Shown: one piece after another, positions 25,768 to 37,077 of the stretch
How positions within the stretch are numbered: position 1 is the stretch's first letter
Layout of the letters: each line of letters opens with the position of its first letter
Notes under the pieces: model-generated
What the model saw: the letters and a program-made list of their open reading frames with translations, nothing else
The model's database searches: none
What the model was told of the DNA's origin: nothing
Translations under genes and position numbers: made by a program
NCBI GenBank assembly: GCA_964016885.1
Contig: CAXHJY010001260.1
Coordinates: 1-53,709 of the forward strand
Origin: Eledone cirrhosa
Lineage: Eukaryota
DNA: 53,709 nucleotides
Direction of reading: 5' to 3'

Positions 25768-26340
25768 ACACATACACACACGTACACACACGTACACACA
25801 CGTACACACACGTACACACACGTACACACACGTACACACACGTACACACACGTACACACACGTACACACACGTACACACACGTACACACACGTACACACA
25901 CGTACACACACATACACACACATACACACACACACACACACATTTAAAGACATATACACACACACCTACACACAAACCTACACACACATACACACACGTA
26001 CACGTACATACACAGACATACACATCTTCACACACATACACACACATACACACACACATACACACACATTTAAAAAGACATTTACACACAATTACACACA
26101 CACCTACACACATCTACACACCTACACACACTTACACACACCTACACACGCACCTACACACACCTACACACACATCTACACACACACACCTACACACACA
26201 CCTACACACACATCTACATACATACATCTACATACACACATTTACACACACACATTTACACACACACATCTACACACACACATTTACACACACACATCTA
26301 CACACACACATCTACACACACACACCTACACACACACCCA
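25768..26340. repeat. (CGTACACACA)n and CA-rich microsatellite
   Basis: Directly visible. Confidence 0.93.
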
Positions 26341-26424
26341 TCAGTCTGCGTGGGCTGTGGCACAACAATTTAAAATGAAAGTGCATTGATGGAAGGTAGC
26401 AAAATCAATGTGTTGTCTGGTATA

Positions 26425-27482
26425 GTGGTGGTGGTGGAGATGGTGGTGGTGGTTGTGGAGATGGTGGTGGTGTTGGTGATGATGATGGTGGTGGTTGTAG
26501 AGATGGAGGTGGTATAGTGGTGGTGGTGGTTGTGGAGATGGTGGTGGTGTTGGTGATGATGATGGTGGTGGTTGTGGAGATGGAGGTGGTATGGTGGTGG
26601 TTGTGGTATGGTGGTGGTGGTGGTGGTGGTTGTGGAGATGGTGGTGGTATGGTGGTGGTTGTGGTGGTATGTGTGTGTGGTGGTGGTGGTGGTGGTGGGG
26701 ATGTAGTTGTGATAATAGCGGTGGGGGTGGTGAAGGTGCTTGTTGTGGTATTTGTGTTTATAGTGCCTTAGTGATGGTAGCTTTAGTTAGTGTGAGATGT
26801 GATGGTGGTGGTGGTGGTGGTGGTTGTGGAGATGGTGGTGGTATGGTGGTGGTTGTGGTGGTATGTGTGTGTGGTGGTGGTGGTGGTGGGGGTGTAGTTG
26901 TGATAATAGCGGTGGGGGTGGTGAAGGTGCTTGTTGTGGTATTTGTGTTTATAGTGCCTTAGTGATGGTAGCTTTAGTTAGTGTGAGATGTGATGGTGGT
27001 GGTGGTGGTGGTGGTTGTGGTAGTGTTAGTAGTGGTGGTGGTGGTAGTGGTAGTAGTGGTGATGGTGGTGGTAGTGTTAGTAGTGGTGGTGGTGGTAGTT
27101 GTAGTAGTGGTGGTGGTGACAGTGACTGTGATGGTGGTAGTGTTAGTGGTGGTGGTGGCAGTGTTAGTAGTGGTGATGGTGGTGGTGGTAGTGTTAGTGG
27201 TGGTGGTGGTAGTGTTAGTAGTGGTGATGGTGGTGGTGGTAGTAGTGGTGATGGTGGTGGTAGTGTTAGTAGTGGTGGTGGTGGTAGTTGTAGTAGTGGT
27301 GGTGGTGACAGTGACTGTGATGGTGGTAGTGTTAGTGGTGGTGGTGGTAGTGTTAGTAGTGGTGATGGTGGTGGTGGTAGTGTTAGTAGTGACAGTGATG
27401 GTGGTGGTAGTGGTGGTGTAGTGGTGGTGGTGTTAGTAGTGGTGGTGTTAGTGGTGGTGGTGGTAGTAGTGGTGGTGTTAGT
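26425..27482. repeat. (GGT)n-rich tract with internal ~190-bp duplications
   Basis: TAGTGCCTTAGTGATGGTAGC occurs at 26761 and 26952. Confidence 0.9.
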
Positions 27483-27598
27483 GACAGAAGCTATCAACCA
27501 CTTCTACAATGATCAATCCTTCTACATCTGCTATATACAAAGTTTACCCTCTCTGCTAGTTTTCTGGCTGTTAGCCCGCTACACCTCTTGTGTATCCA

Positions 27599-27656
<58 letters not shown>

Positions 27657-27776
27657 GGAGGTGAGTTTTATTGTAGTACAATAAAGCAATGCAGATATCG
27701 GATAAGAAGCACTCTACAGTTTGTGGGACTGGAGTATGCATAATATAAGATCAAAAGATGGTTAAAGGAGTTCCAT

Positions 27777-27846
27777 ATATTTTATTATGCGCATTTCAAA
27801 AACAAACATCATCCTGCAATAATATTTGTGTTTTCATCAGATAAAA
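27777..27846 (-). ncRNA. Type I hammerhead ribozyme (mirror copy)
   Basis: Near reverse complement of 27924-27993. Confidence 0.72.
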
Positions 27847-27920
27847 CAGGAGAACATGATATGAAGGCTAAAAAACACTTGTGGATAGTGCAGTTTTAAA
27901 TCAACATATTTTAAATCAAC

Positions 27921-27993
27921 ATATTTTATCTGATGAAAACACAAATATTATTGCATGATGATGTTTGTTTTTGAAATGCGCATAATAAAATAT
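27921..27993 (+). ncRNA. Type I hammerhead ribozyme with palindromic minimal stem III
   Basis: ATATTTTAT-CTGATGA-[long stem II]-GAAA-TGCGCA-TA^ATAAAATAT; 9-bp perfect stem I. Confidence 0.8.
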
Positions 27994-28022
27994 ATGGAAC
28001 TCCTTTAACCATCTTTTGATCT

Positions 28023-28062
<40 letters not shown>

Positions 28063-28083
28063 CTATATGTATGTATGTATGTA

Positions 28084-28892
28084 TCATCATCATCATCATC
28101 ATCATCATCACCGTTTTACGTCCGTTCTTCCACGCTAGCATGGGTTAGACGGGTTGTCCTGTTGTGGGCAGTGTCTGGTCGGCTGACCACGCCTTGCTCA
28201 TACAGGAACTGATTCTGGCTTGATTTCTACAGCTGGATGCCCTTCCTAACACCAACCTCATTTACAGTGAGTGCTGGGAGGTTTTTACCGTGTTGCATAC
28301 ATGGCCACATTACAGCGTGGACTGTCTGGCGGGTTTTCTACAGCTGGATGCCCTTCCTAACACCAACCACATTTACAGTGTGGGGCTGGGAGGTTTTTAC
28401 CGTGTTGCCTACACGGCCACATTACAGCGTGGACTGTCTGGCGGGTTTTCTACAGCTGGATGCCCTTCCTAACACCAACCACATTTACAGTGTGGGGCTG
28501 GGAGGTTTTTACCGTGTTGCCTACACGGCCACATTACAGCGTGGACTGTCTGGCGGGTTTTCTACAGCTGGATGCCCTTCCTAACACCAACCACATTTAC
28601 AGTGTGGGGCTGGGAGGTTTTTACCGTGTTGCCTACACGGCCACATTACAGCGTGGACTGTGTGTTTTTTTATCGTGACACCTACACGATCTCATTTGTT
28701 TCGGCCTGGATGTTGTGGCACCAACATAACTTTACATTGAAAGGGGCGGTGTGGATGGGGTGGAGGTGGTGGGACGGGGGGGGGGGGGTTTGATAGAGAT
28801 GCCTACTGACTGTAGTAGGTTTTTACTTTGTATTTAGGTAAGGCGGGTCTTCTCTATTACTGAGTACCGCCAAAGGTCTCGGTCCAGTGACA
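28084..28892 (-). mobile_element. RTE-B 3' end with 112-bp tandem expansion in the UTR and a family-D-type tail
   Basis: ORF end SLDRDLWRYSVIEKTRLT*; repeated units (ORFs at 28460 and 28572, offset 112); tail matches 29095-29240. Confidence 0.85.
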
Positions 28893-28912
28893 TTATATAT
28901 ATATATATATAT

Positions 28913-29238
28913 AGTACCTGACCTGCCATGGGTACAAGCTGAAGCATATAGACAATATGCCCCCACACCTTCCCACTGCCAGGTGGTCGTGGAGGTACCA
29001 CGGCAAAAAAGCACCCAGCCCACACTGTAAAGTGAATGTGTATGCGCCACGAAAAAGCACCCAGCACTCACTGTAAATGAGGTTGGTGTAAGGAAGGGCA
29101 TCCAGCTGTAGAAACCAAGCCAAATCAGTTCCTGTATGAGCAAGGCATGGTCAGCCGACCAGACACTGCCCACAACAGGACACCCCGTCTAACCCATGCT
29201 AGCGTGGAAGAACAGACGTAAAACGGTGGTGATGATGA

Positions 29239-29240
<2 letters not shown>
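28913..29240 (+). mobile_element. Non-autonomous RTE-derived element (family D)
   Basis: Homologous to 34998-35350 (-); contains the AGGAAGGGCATCCAGC module and an RTE-type tail with (GAT)n. Confidence 0.78.
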
Positions 29241-29304
<64 letters not shown>

Positions 29305-29440
29305 GTCCTTGTTATCTTATTTAACTATAATACACTCTGTATAGCTCTACACCTCGACACTGAAGTGAACCTAAACATCGAGTACTCACTCGGGTGAACC
29401 TACAGTAACTCCAATTTACGCTCCTTGGATATATATATAT

Positions 29441-29556
29441 AAAGGACTAGCGTCCAAAACGTTAAGACCCTCTCCCTGCTATTTCAAGCGTTAACCTAAT
29501 ATATCCCTTCCATATACTGTACCGATTGTGTTGTTATTTCTGTTTACCTTTTACAT
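29441..29556 (+). mobile_element. Short TA-embedded repeat starting with a hammerhead-like 3' half (other copies 30821-30893 + and 44948-45013 -)
   Basis: AAGGAC tagc GTCC-AAAA-CGTT-AAGACC; three copies in the window. Confidence 0.5.
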
Positions 29557-29734
29557 ATATATATATATTCTTTATTTAACTCTCTCCTTCTATCCTTTTC
29601 AGGATGTATGGTGGGGTATGGCCTTTGTGGCACAAAAGAAAGCTGTATTGATGGTAAGTAGTAGAATTATATACACCCTGTTATATATAACACTATTTTA
29701 CGCCTACTTTGTCTTTGTATATATACACAAACAC

Positions 29735-29902
29735 ATGTAATAGCCATGTGTTTAAGCTGTTCCCAACCACATGATATCCAGTTCAGTCCTATTACATGTA
29801 ACTTTGACTGAGTGAGTATGTGTCTTCTACCATAGCTTTGGTTTTGACCACCACTAATGTGAGTGGAATTTGGCAGACAGATACTATGTGAAAGCCTGTC
29901 GT
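29735..29902 (+). mobile_element. Degraded SINE of a further family (related fragment 32415-32510)
   Basis: Shared TGTCTWCTAC...GACCA...GAGTGGAATTTGGYA...AAGCCTGTC between the two loci. Confidence 0.55.
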
Positions 29903-29940
<38 letters not shown>

Positions 29941-30789
29941 TAGGAAAAAGTATGACCCCGACGGCAGAGCTTTTTCCTATTACCCACTCTACTACCCTAA
30001 GTATTGAGTACTCTGGTGCGTTATGGTCCATCTGGTTCCTTACCACAATTCCTTCGTTATATATAAATATATATACATAAGCAAAGGGATATTTAATTTG
30101 TTGGTAATTCAACAAATATATATATTTATAACAGATTCGAAGCACTCAACAGTTTTCTGTATATATATATATATATATATATATGTATTAAAATATAGAG
30201 AAAAATACTGCAGGTAGCACATGGTAACATGTAATAAAATACGTCCCTCATCAGTGATTTGCCGAAGATCATAGATATTTCATTGCATTAAAAATCATAT
30301 ATCTCACTTCGGTGCAATAATAACCAAAATAAGTTATTAGGACAATTAAAACGCGTAAAGCGAGTGAGACAGGAGAACAACAGAAATTATAGCATACCGT
30401 GGGAGAGAAACAAGCTTCAAAAATTATTCTGTTAGCGTAAGCTAGGTGAATATATGAGCGCTAGGGAAAGAATAGTGCCAGCACGAACGAAGGCCATTGA
30501 GCAGAGAGAGATATATATATATATCATAAATCATGTCTATAGAATTATTAGATAAATAAAATATATACCATTTCTTCTGCCAATCAGCATAATTAACCAT
30601 ATAAAAAATCAATTAGACCAAGCTATAAGGATAAAGGCTCCTATGAAGAAATCTCCGACAAACAAACGAAAATGGCCTCTTCGCGGTGGCCTCAATAGAG
30701 TATTTATCCAACATTTCGACAGCATGTAGAAACTGACCAAATATACAATCAACCGTACACAATTTGGTGTAAATTCAAACTTAGAAGAA

Positions 30790-30821
<32 letters not shown>

Positions 30822-30966
30822 AGGACTAACGTCCAAAACGTTGAGACCCTCTCCCTGCTATATCAAGCGTTAACCTAATATATACCTTCCATACCTGACT
30901 ATACAGGTAAAACTTGAACTGTTAAGGTCTCATTCCTGGATGTCAATATTTATAAAACAAACTTTG

Positions 30967-31027
30967 TATTTTATCTGATGAGAGCATACCAAAGTTTTGG
31001 TACCCTTGAAATATATATAATAGAAGA
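30967..31027 (+). ncRNA. Type I hammerhead ribozyme candidate
   Basis: TTTTAT-CTGATGA-GAGcaTACCAAAgtTTTGGTAccCTT-GAAA-TATATA-TA^ATAGAA; downstream sequence homologous to 34352-34391. Confidence 0.7.
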
Positions 31028-31474
31028 AATATGGTTTTATAAATATAGTTTCCATTTACTAATATCATTGATAAATCATCATCATCATCGTTTAACGTCC
31101 ATCTTCCACGCTAGCATGGGTTAGAATATATATATATATATGTATATATATTTATATATATATATGCTCAGGTCTGGAATAATTGTCCACTGTCCACTTA
31201 TTAATTTTCAGATTTCTTCAGCGAAATTTTATTGTAAGTGATTCATACTGATACAGCAGCTGGAGAATCTAATAATAATTTATTTTATATTAAAAAAAAT
31301 ACATTATATATGTCAAAAAAAGAACATTACAAGAAATCCCATATTTACAAACATACACTATACAATTACTGCTTCCTGAACCCCGTTTATTGCAAACATT
31401 CTGCTTATAATAATTTAAGCAAATATCCAACACTTATTCTTATTCCACACCCCTATTATTTGGGACCCAAGAGT

Positions 31475-32137
31475 CATCATCATCATTTCATTTTACGTCC
31501 GCTTGTCCCTGCTTGCAAGGGTGGGACGGGAACTGATTCTGGCTTAATTTCTACAGCTGGATGCCCTTCCTTACACCAACCTCATTTACAGTGTGGGCTG
31601 CACAGTGTGGGCTACACAGATGTAGAAAGACACAGGTTTATAAAGCCAAGCATACACACACACATACAAAGCAGTGTGCACTGTGATGCAATACTGCACT
31701 AAGATGCACTTCTATCACCTGCTGTATTACACATTGCACTAGACACACTGCATGTTGTTGCACAAGACAACAGATCTTTAGAGATAAATGTGTGTACATA
31801 CAAGTGTGTGCATCATCATCATCATCATCATACGTCCGGCCTGCAAGGTTGCAACGGGAACTGATTCTGACTTGAGTTCTACAGCTGGATGCCCTTCCTA
31901 ACACCAACCTCATTTACAGTGAGTGCTGGGTGCTTATCTGCCGTGGCACCTCCACGACCACTTTGCAGTGGAATGATAGGGACCCCAGTCCCTATCATCT
32001 CATTTCTACAGCTGAGTAAACTGGAGCAATGTGAAATAAAGTGTCTTGCTCAAGGAAACAACACATCACCCGGTCTGAGAATTGAACTCACAACCTTTCG
32101 TTTGCAAGGCCAATGCTCTAACCACTAAGCCATGTGC
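31475..32137 (-). mobile_element. Composite: SINE A, ~195-bp flank shared with 21639-21835, and a second SINE-A 3' end
   Basis: 31617-32137 is a near reverse complement of 21305-21835; 31475-31600 is a further SINE-A/RTE tail. Confidence 0.85.
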
Positions 32138-32166
32138 CCCTCTCTCTCTCTCTCTCTTTCTCTCTT

Positions 32167-32244
<78 letters not shown>

Positions 32245-32527
32245 ACCCGTCTAACCCATGCTAGCGTGGAAGAACGGACGTAAAACGGTAATGATGATGA
32301 ACCAAATGTTAAACAAATAATAATAATAATTTGAATAATATTAATAACTCTAGAAAACTTGACAGTTGAGTGCTTTTAATCTATTGTAAAACTATATTCA
32401 TTGTGTGTGTGTGTATTCAGTCCCACTCAGCTAATGTCTACTACTAGAGCCTCGGGTTGACCAATGACTTGCGAGTGGAATTTGGTAACAGAACCTTTGG
32501 AAGCCTGTCCACACACACAGATAAATA

Positions 32528-32630
32528 CAAAAGAGTCGACGCGATGGCTGAGTTCCAGCTGTTTCAACAGCTAGATCCAAATGAGCTGTCGAAACGGCTG
32601 GAGTTCAGCTATCGGGTGTTTTGACTCTCT
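32528..32630. repeat. Imperfect hairpin (~40-bp arms)
   Basis: GATGGCTGAGTTCCAGCTGTTTCAACAGCT / AGCTGTCGAAACGGCTGGAGTTCAGCTATC. Confidence 0.8.
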
Positions 32631-32795
32631 TTATATATATATATATATATTTATATTAAAGTGTTAAACAATATTCAATGATTATGTCAAAGAATGAGTT
32701 TTACAGTAGATTGGAAGCACTCAAAGTATAAATTATTTTCTGGAGTTATTAATATTTAAATATAAGTATTAATAATATAGATGTTCTTTTGATCA

Positions 32796-32858
32796 ATTAC
32801 ATTTTATTATACATATTTCGGATGTACAACAGTACGTCCTCATCAGACAAAATATAAT
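32796..32858 (-). ncRNA. Type I hammerhead ribozyme (mirror copy)
   Basis: Reverse complement of 32930-32992. Confidence 0.78.
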
Positions 32859-32929
32859 GATACATGACATACCCTGAGATACCTTGATTAAATCTTAACC
32901 ATTTAACATCTCAGGGTATGTTATGTATC

Positions 32930-32992
32930 ATTATATTTTGTCTGATGAGGACGTACTGTTGTACATCCGAAATATGTATAATAAAATGTAAT
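32930..32992 (+). ncRNA. Type I hammerhead ribozyme
   Basis: ATTATATTTTGT-CTGATGA-GGAcGTACtgttGTACaTCC-GAAA-TATGTA-TA^ATAAAATGTAAT; 12-bp stem I with two G.U pairs; canonical G-C closing stem II. Confidence 0.82.
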
Positions 32993-33054
32993 TGATCAAA
33001 AGAACATCTATATTATTAATACTTATATTTTAATATATATATATATATATATAT

Positions 33055-33586
33055 CATCATCATCATCATCATTTAACGTCCATGTTCCACGCTTGCATGG
33101 GTTTGGATGGGAGTTTTCCCACTTGAGACAAGAGTGGTTGTCTTACTCGCATATGACTGTCTGGCGGGTTTTCTACGGCTGGATGCCCTTCCTAACACCA
33201 AGCACATTTACAGTGTGGAACTGGGAGGTTTTTACCGTGTTACCTACACGGCCACATTACAGCGTGGACTGTGTGTTTTTTTGTCATGACACCTACACGA
33301 CCTCATTTGTTTCGGCCTGGATGTTGTGGTACCAACATAACTTTACATTGAAAGAGGCGGTGTGGATGGGGTGGGGGTAGTGGGACGGGGGTGTATTTTG
33401 TTAGAGGTGCCTACTGACTGTAGTAGGTTTCACTTTGTACTTAGGTAAGGCGGGTCTTCTGTATTACTGTGTAGCGCCAAAGATCTTGGTCCAGTGACAT
33501 TGTCTTGGAGAGGTGTAAGTGTGTGAGGTCGGAATTTATCAAATCGTCCCAGGTTTTTCTGGGTCTGCCTACTCCGTGGCTACCGT
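33055..33586 (-). mobile_element. RTE-B 3' end (ORF tip and extended UTR)
   Basis: Matches 5166-5790 and 20765-21302. Confidence 0.88.
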
Positions 33587-33613
33587 ATATATATATAAGT
33601 TCCGAGCATTAAG

Positions 33614-33913
33614 ATGCACAGCGTCTGCGCGAGACTCTGCCTAAGCAAAGCTGGACTCGAAAGTCATCTTCGCAGTCATAAAGTAACACCAGTGGTTGAC
33701 TACCAGGCTGCTGTTGGAGATGCTACTCATCATGCTTGCCAAGCATGTGGAAAAGAGTGCAGATCAGCAGGAGGGCTCAAGCGACATGCAAAAGTACATC
33801 AACTCCAACCACAGCCGGCTATTCTCTGTGAATATTTTGGTTGCCAACTCTGTGCAAGACATTTTAGATCATTAGCTGGGCTAAAAAGCCACATTCGATC
33901 GCAGCGCTGTTAA
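33614..33913 (+). pseudogene. Isolated fragment with three C2H2-type zinc fingers, probably a LINE ORF C-terminus
   Basis: C...AGLESHLRSH, CQACGKECRSAGGLKRHAKVH, CQLCARHFRSLAGLKSHIRSQ, then a stop; no TGEKP linkers; microsatellites on both sides. Confidence 0.65.
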
Positions 33914-33972
33914 TTGTTATCGTGTGTGTGTGTATATGTATATATAGATATGTATATGTGTGTGTGTGTGTA

Positions 33973-34004
<32 letters not shown>

Positions 34005-34005
<1 letters not shown>

Positions 34006-34391
34006 GGAAAGTTATATTTAAAATTGTTGGGTTACAACTAGTAAATATTTATAACTGATATAAAAGCACTCGACAAATATTTGGAGTATATTTACAATAT
34101 TAAATAAATGGAAACTATATTTATAAAACCATATTTATTTCATTATATATATTTCGGGGATATCATATTAACAATATGCTATGCCTTCCTCAGACAAAAT
34201 ACAATATAAACAGTAAACCTCTTCAAATGGAAGTCGGTGTTATAACGGTATGTCGAATCTATTTATCTATAAAACTGTTTATATTGTATTTTGTCTGAGG
34301 AAGGCATAGCATATTGTTAATATGATATCCCCGAAATATATATAATGAAATAAATATGGTTTTATAAATATAGTTTCCATTTATTTAATAT
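34005..34391. mobile_element. Palindromic hammerhead element (inverted Penelope-like pLTR pair)
   Basis: Arms 34097-34214 and 34274-34391; minus-strand tail 34005-34096 with TCGAGTGCTT; (TA)n on both sides. Confidence 0.75.
34287..34352 (+). ncRNA. Type I hammerhead ribozyme candidate (mirror copy at ~34136-34201, minus strand)
   Basis: TATTTTGT-CTGAGGA-aGG..CATATTgttAATATG..CC-GAAA-TATATA-TA^ATGAAATA. Confidence 0.68.
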
Positions 34392-34432
34392 CATATATAT
34401 ATATATATATATATATTATTATTGTTATTATT

Positions 34433-34546
34433 GTTCAAATCCCGCCGAGGTTAACTTTGCCTTTCATCCTTACGGGGTCGATAAAATAAAGTACCAGTAA
34501 TGCACTGGGTAATTGCTGGCCTTGTGCCTAAAGTAGGAACAATTAT
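34433..34546 (+). mobile_element. SINE family B, 3' half
   Basis: GTTCAAATCCCGCCGAGG...Nin-like domain. Confidence 0.82.
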
Positions 34547-34919
34547 TGTTATTATTGTTATTATTATTGTCGTTATTATGTTTTTTTTTTCGTGCAATGG
34601 CCATACTCAATAACGAGGGGGCAGCCATCATATATGTATGTATATACATGTGTATGTATGTATATATATGTATATACATATGTATTGATATGTATATATT
34701 TGTATAAAGGTATGTATATATATGTATATGTATGTGTGTATGTATATATATATATGTATATACATATGTATTGATATGTATATATTTGTATAAAGGTATG
34801 TATATGTATGTGTGTATGCATATATATATATGTATGTATTTATATGTATATATATATATATATGTGTATATATGTATGTGTATATATATATATATATACA
34901 TATATTATATATGTATGTA

Positions 34920-34962
<43 letters not shown>

Positions 34963-34997
34963 TATATATGTATGTATATATGTATGTATATATATAT

Positions 34998-35350
34998 CAT
35001 CATCATCATCATCATCACCGTTTTACGTCCGTTCTTCCACGCTAGCATGGGTTAGACGGGTTGTCCTGCTGTGGGCAGTGTCTGGTCGGCTGACCATGCC
35101 TTGCTCATACAGGAACTGATCTGGCTTGATTTCTACAGCTGGATGCCCTTCCTAACACCAACCTCATTTACAGTGAGTGCTGGGTGCTTTTTCGTGGCGC
35201 CTACACGTCCACTTTACAGTGTGGGCTGGGTGCTTTTTTGCCGTGGCACCTCCACGACCACCTTGCGGTGAGGGGGGGGGGGGGGCATATTGTTTATATG
35301 CTTCAGCATGTACCCATGGGAGGTCGGATACCCTGTATTACTGCGTGACG
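34998..35350 (-). mobile_element. Non-autonomous RTE-derived element (family D)
   Basis: Reverse-complement homolog of 28913-29240. Confidence 0.78.
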
Positions 35351-35380
35351 CCAGAAGTCATTATATATGTATTATATATG

Positions 35381-35418
<38 letters not shown>

Positions 35419-35558
35419 CATTATATGTATATGTATGTATGTATGTATGTATGTATATATGTATGTGTATATATATATATATATATATACATATGTATAT
35501 GTATGTATGTATGTATGTATGTATATATATATATGTATGTGTATATATATATATACAT

Positions 35559-35620
<62 letters not shown>

Positions 35621-35625
35621 TTATA

Positions 35626-35790
35626 GGGTCGGACGCCATGCTTTCCAGCATAGAGTTACGTCCCTTTACGATCTGAGTTCAAATCCCGCCGAGGTTGACT
35701 TTGCCTTTCATCCTTACGGGGTCTATAAAATAAAGTACCAGTAATGCACTGGGTAATTGCTGGCCTTGTGCCTAAAGTAGAAACAATTAT
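35626..35790 (+). mobile_element. SINE family B, 5'-truncated
   Basis: Matches the family B unit. Confidence 0.83.
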
Positions 35791-35803
35791 ATGTGTATGT
35801 ATG

Positions 35804-35836
<33 letters not shown>

Positions 35837-36227
35837 TGTTTATACTATTCAGTAAAAGACTGTTACACGCCAACAGTCTATATATATATATATATATATA
35901 CACACACTGAGCCATACCCATATATACACCCATATATATACACCCATATATACACCCACTTATCAAGTCTATTCCATTTATCTCCCTTGTTCTCTGGTAT
36001 TTCCGTTTTCTGTCCTCTTTACCTTTTGATTTCACTAGTTGCTTCCCTTTTATCCTCTTCCCCTCCACCTACCTGTATGTCTGTCTATCCATATATCTAG
36101 ACATCTGTTCATCTAACTGTCTATCTATCTAGATAGCCATCTGTTTATCTATATGTCTGTCTGTGTGTCAGTCTGACTGTTTATCTGACTGTTTATCTGT
36201 CTGTCTGTTTATCTGTCTGTCTGTCTG

Positions 36228-36349
36228 TCTAGATAACTAGCTAGCCCCCTGTTTAGCTATAATCTCTGTCTGTCTATCTGTCTGTCTGTCTGTCTGTCTG
36301 TCTATATATCTAGATAACTAGCTAGCCCCCTGTTTAGCTATAATCTCTC

Positions 36350-36386
<37 letters not shown>

Positions 36387-36684
36387 ATATCTAGATAACT
36401 AGCTAGCCCCCTGTTTAGCTATAATCTCTCTGTCTGTCTGTCTGTCTATATATCTAGATAACTAGCTAGCCCCCTGTTTAGCTATAATCTCTGTCTGTCT
36501 GTCTGTCTCTCTGTCTGTCTGTCTGTCTATATATCTAGATAACTAGCTAGCCCCCTGTTTAGCTATAATCTCTGTCTGTCTGTCTATATATCTAGATAAC
36601 TAGCTAGCCCCCTGTTTAGTTATAATCTCTGTCTGTCTGTCTATATATCTAGATAACTAGCTAGCCCCCTGTTTAGCTATAATC

Positions 36685-36720
<36 letters not shown>

Positions 36721-36859
36721 GATAACTAGCTAGCCCCCTGTTTAGCTATAATCTCTATCTGTCTGTATGTCTAGATAACTAGCTAGCCCCCTGTTTAGCT
36801 ATAATCTCTGTCTGTCTGTATGTCTAGATAACTAGCTAGCCCCCTGTTTAGCTATAATC

Positions 36860-36890
<31 letters not shown>

Positions 36891-37046
36891 ATATATCTAG
36901 ATAACTAGCTAGCCCCCTGTTTAGCTATAATCTCTGTCTGTCTGTCTATATATCTAGATAACTAGCTAGCCCCCTGTTTAGCTATAATCTCTGTCTGTCT
37001 GTCTGTCTGTCTAGATAACTAGCTAGCCCCCTGTTTAGCTATAATC

Positions 37047-37077
<31 letters not shown>

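Larger units (their letters stand above)
27655..28030. mobile_element. Palindromic hammerhead element (inverted Penelope-like pLTR pair)
   Basis: Inverted arms 27740-27846 and 27924-28030; the minus-strand arm has an extra tail with AGAGTGCTTC; (TA)n on both sides. Confidence 0.75.
32657..33030. mobile_element. Palindromic hammerhead element (inverted Penelope-like pLTR pair)
   Basis: Arms 32758-32880 and 32908-33030; minus-strand tail 32657-32757 with TTGAGTGCTT; (TA)n on both sides. Confidence 0.78.

Noticed and set aside
35285-35355. HDV-like ribozyme at the 5' end of family D (ACC-TCCCATG-GGT, GCATAT hairpin)
   Set aside because: P1 is incomplete and no J4/2 catalytic C or P2 3' strand can be placed.
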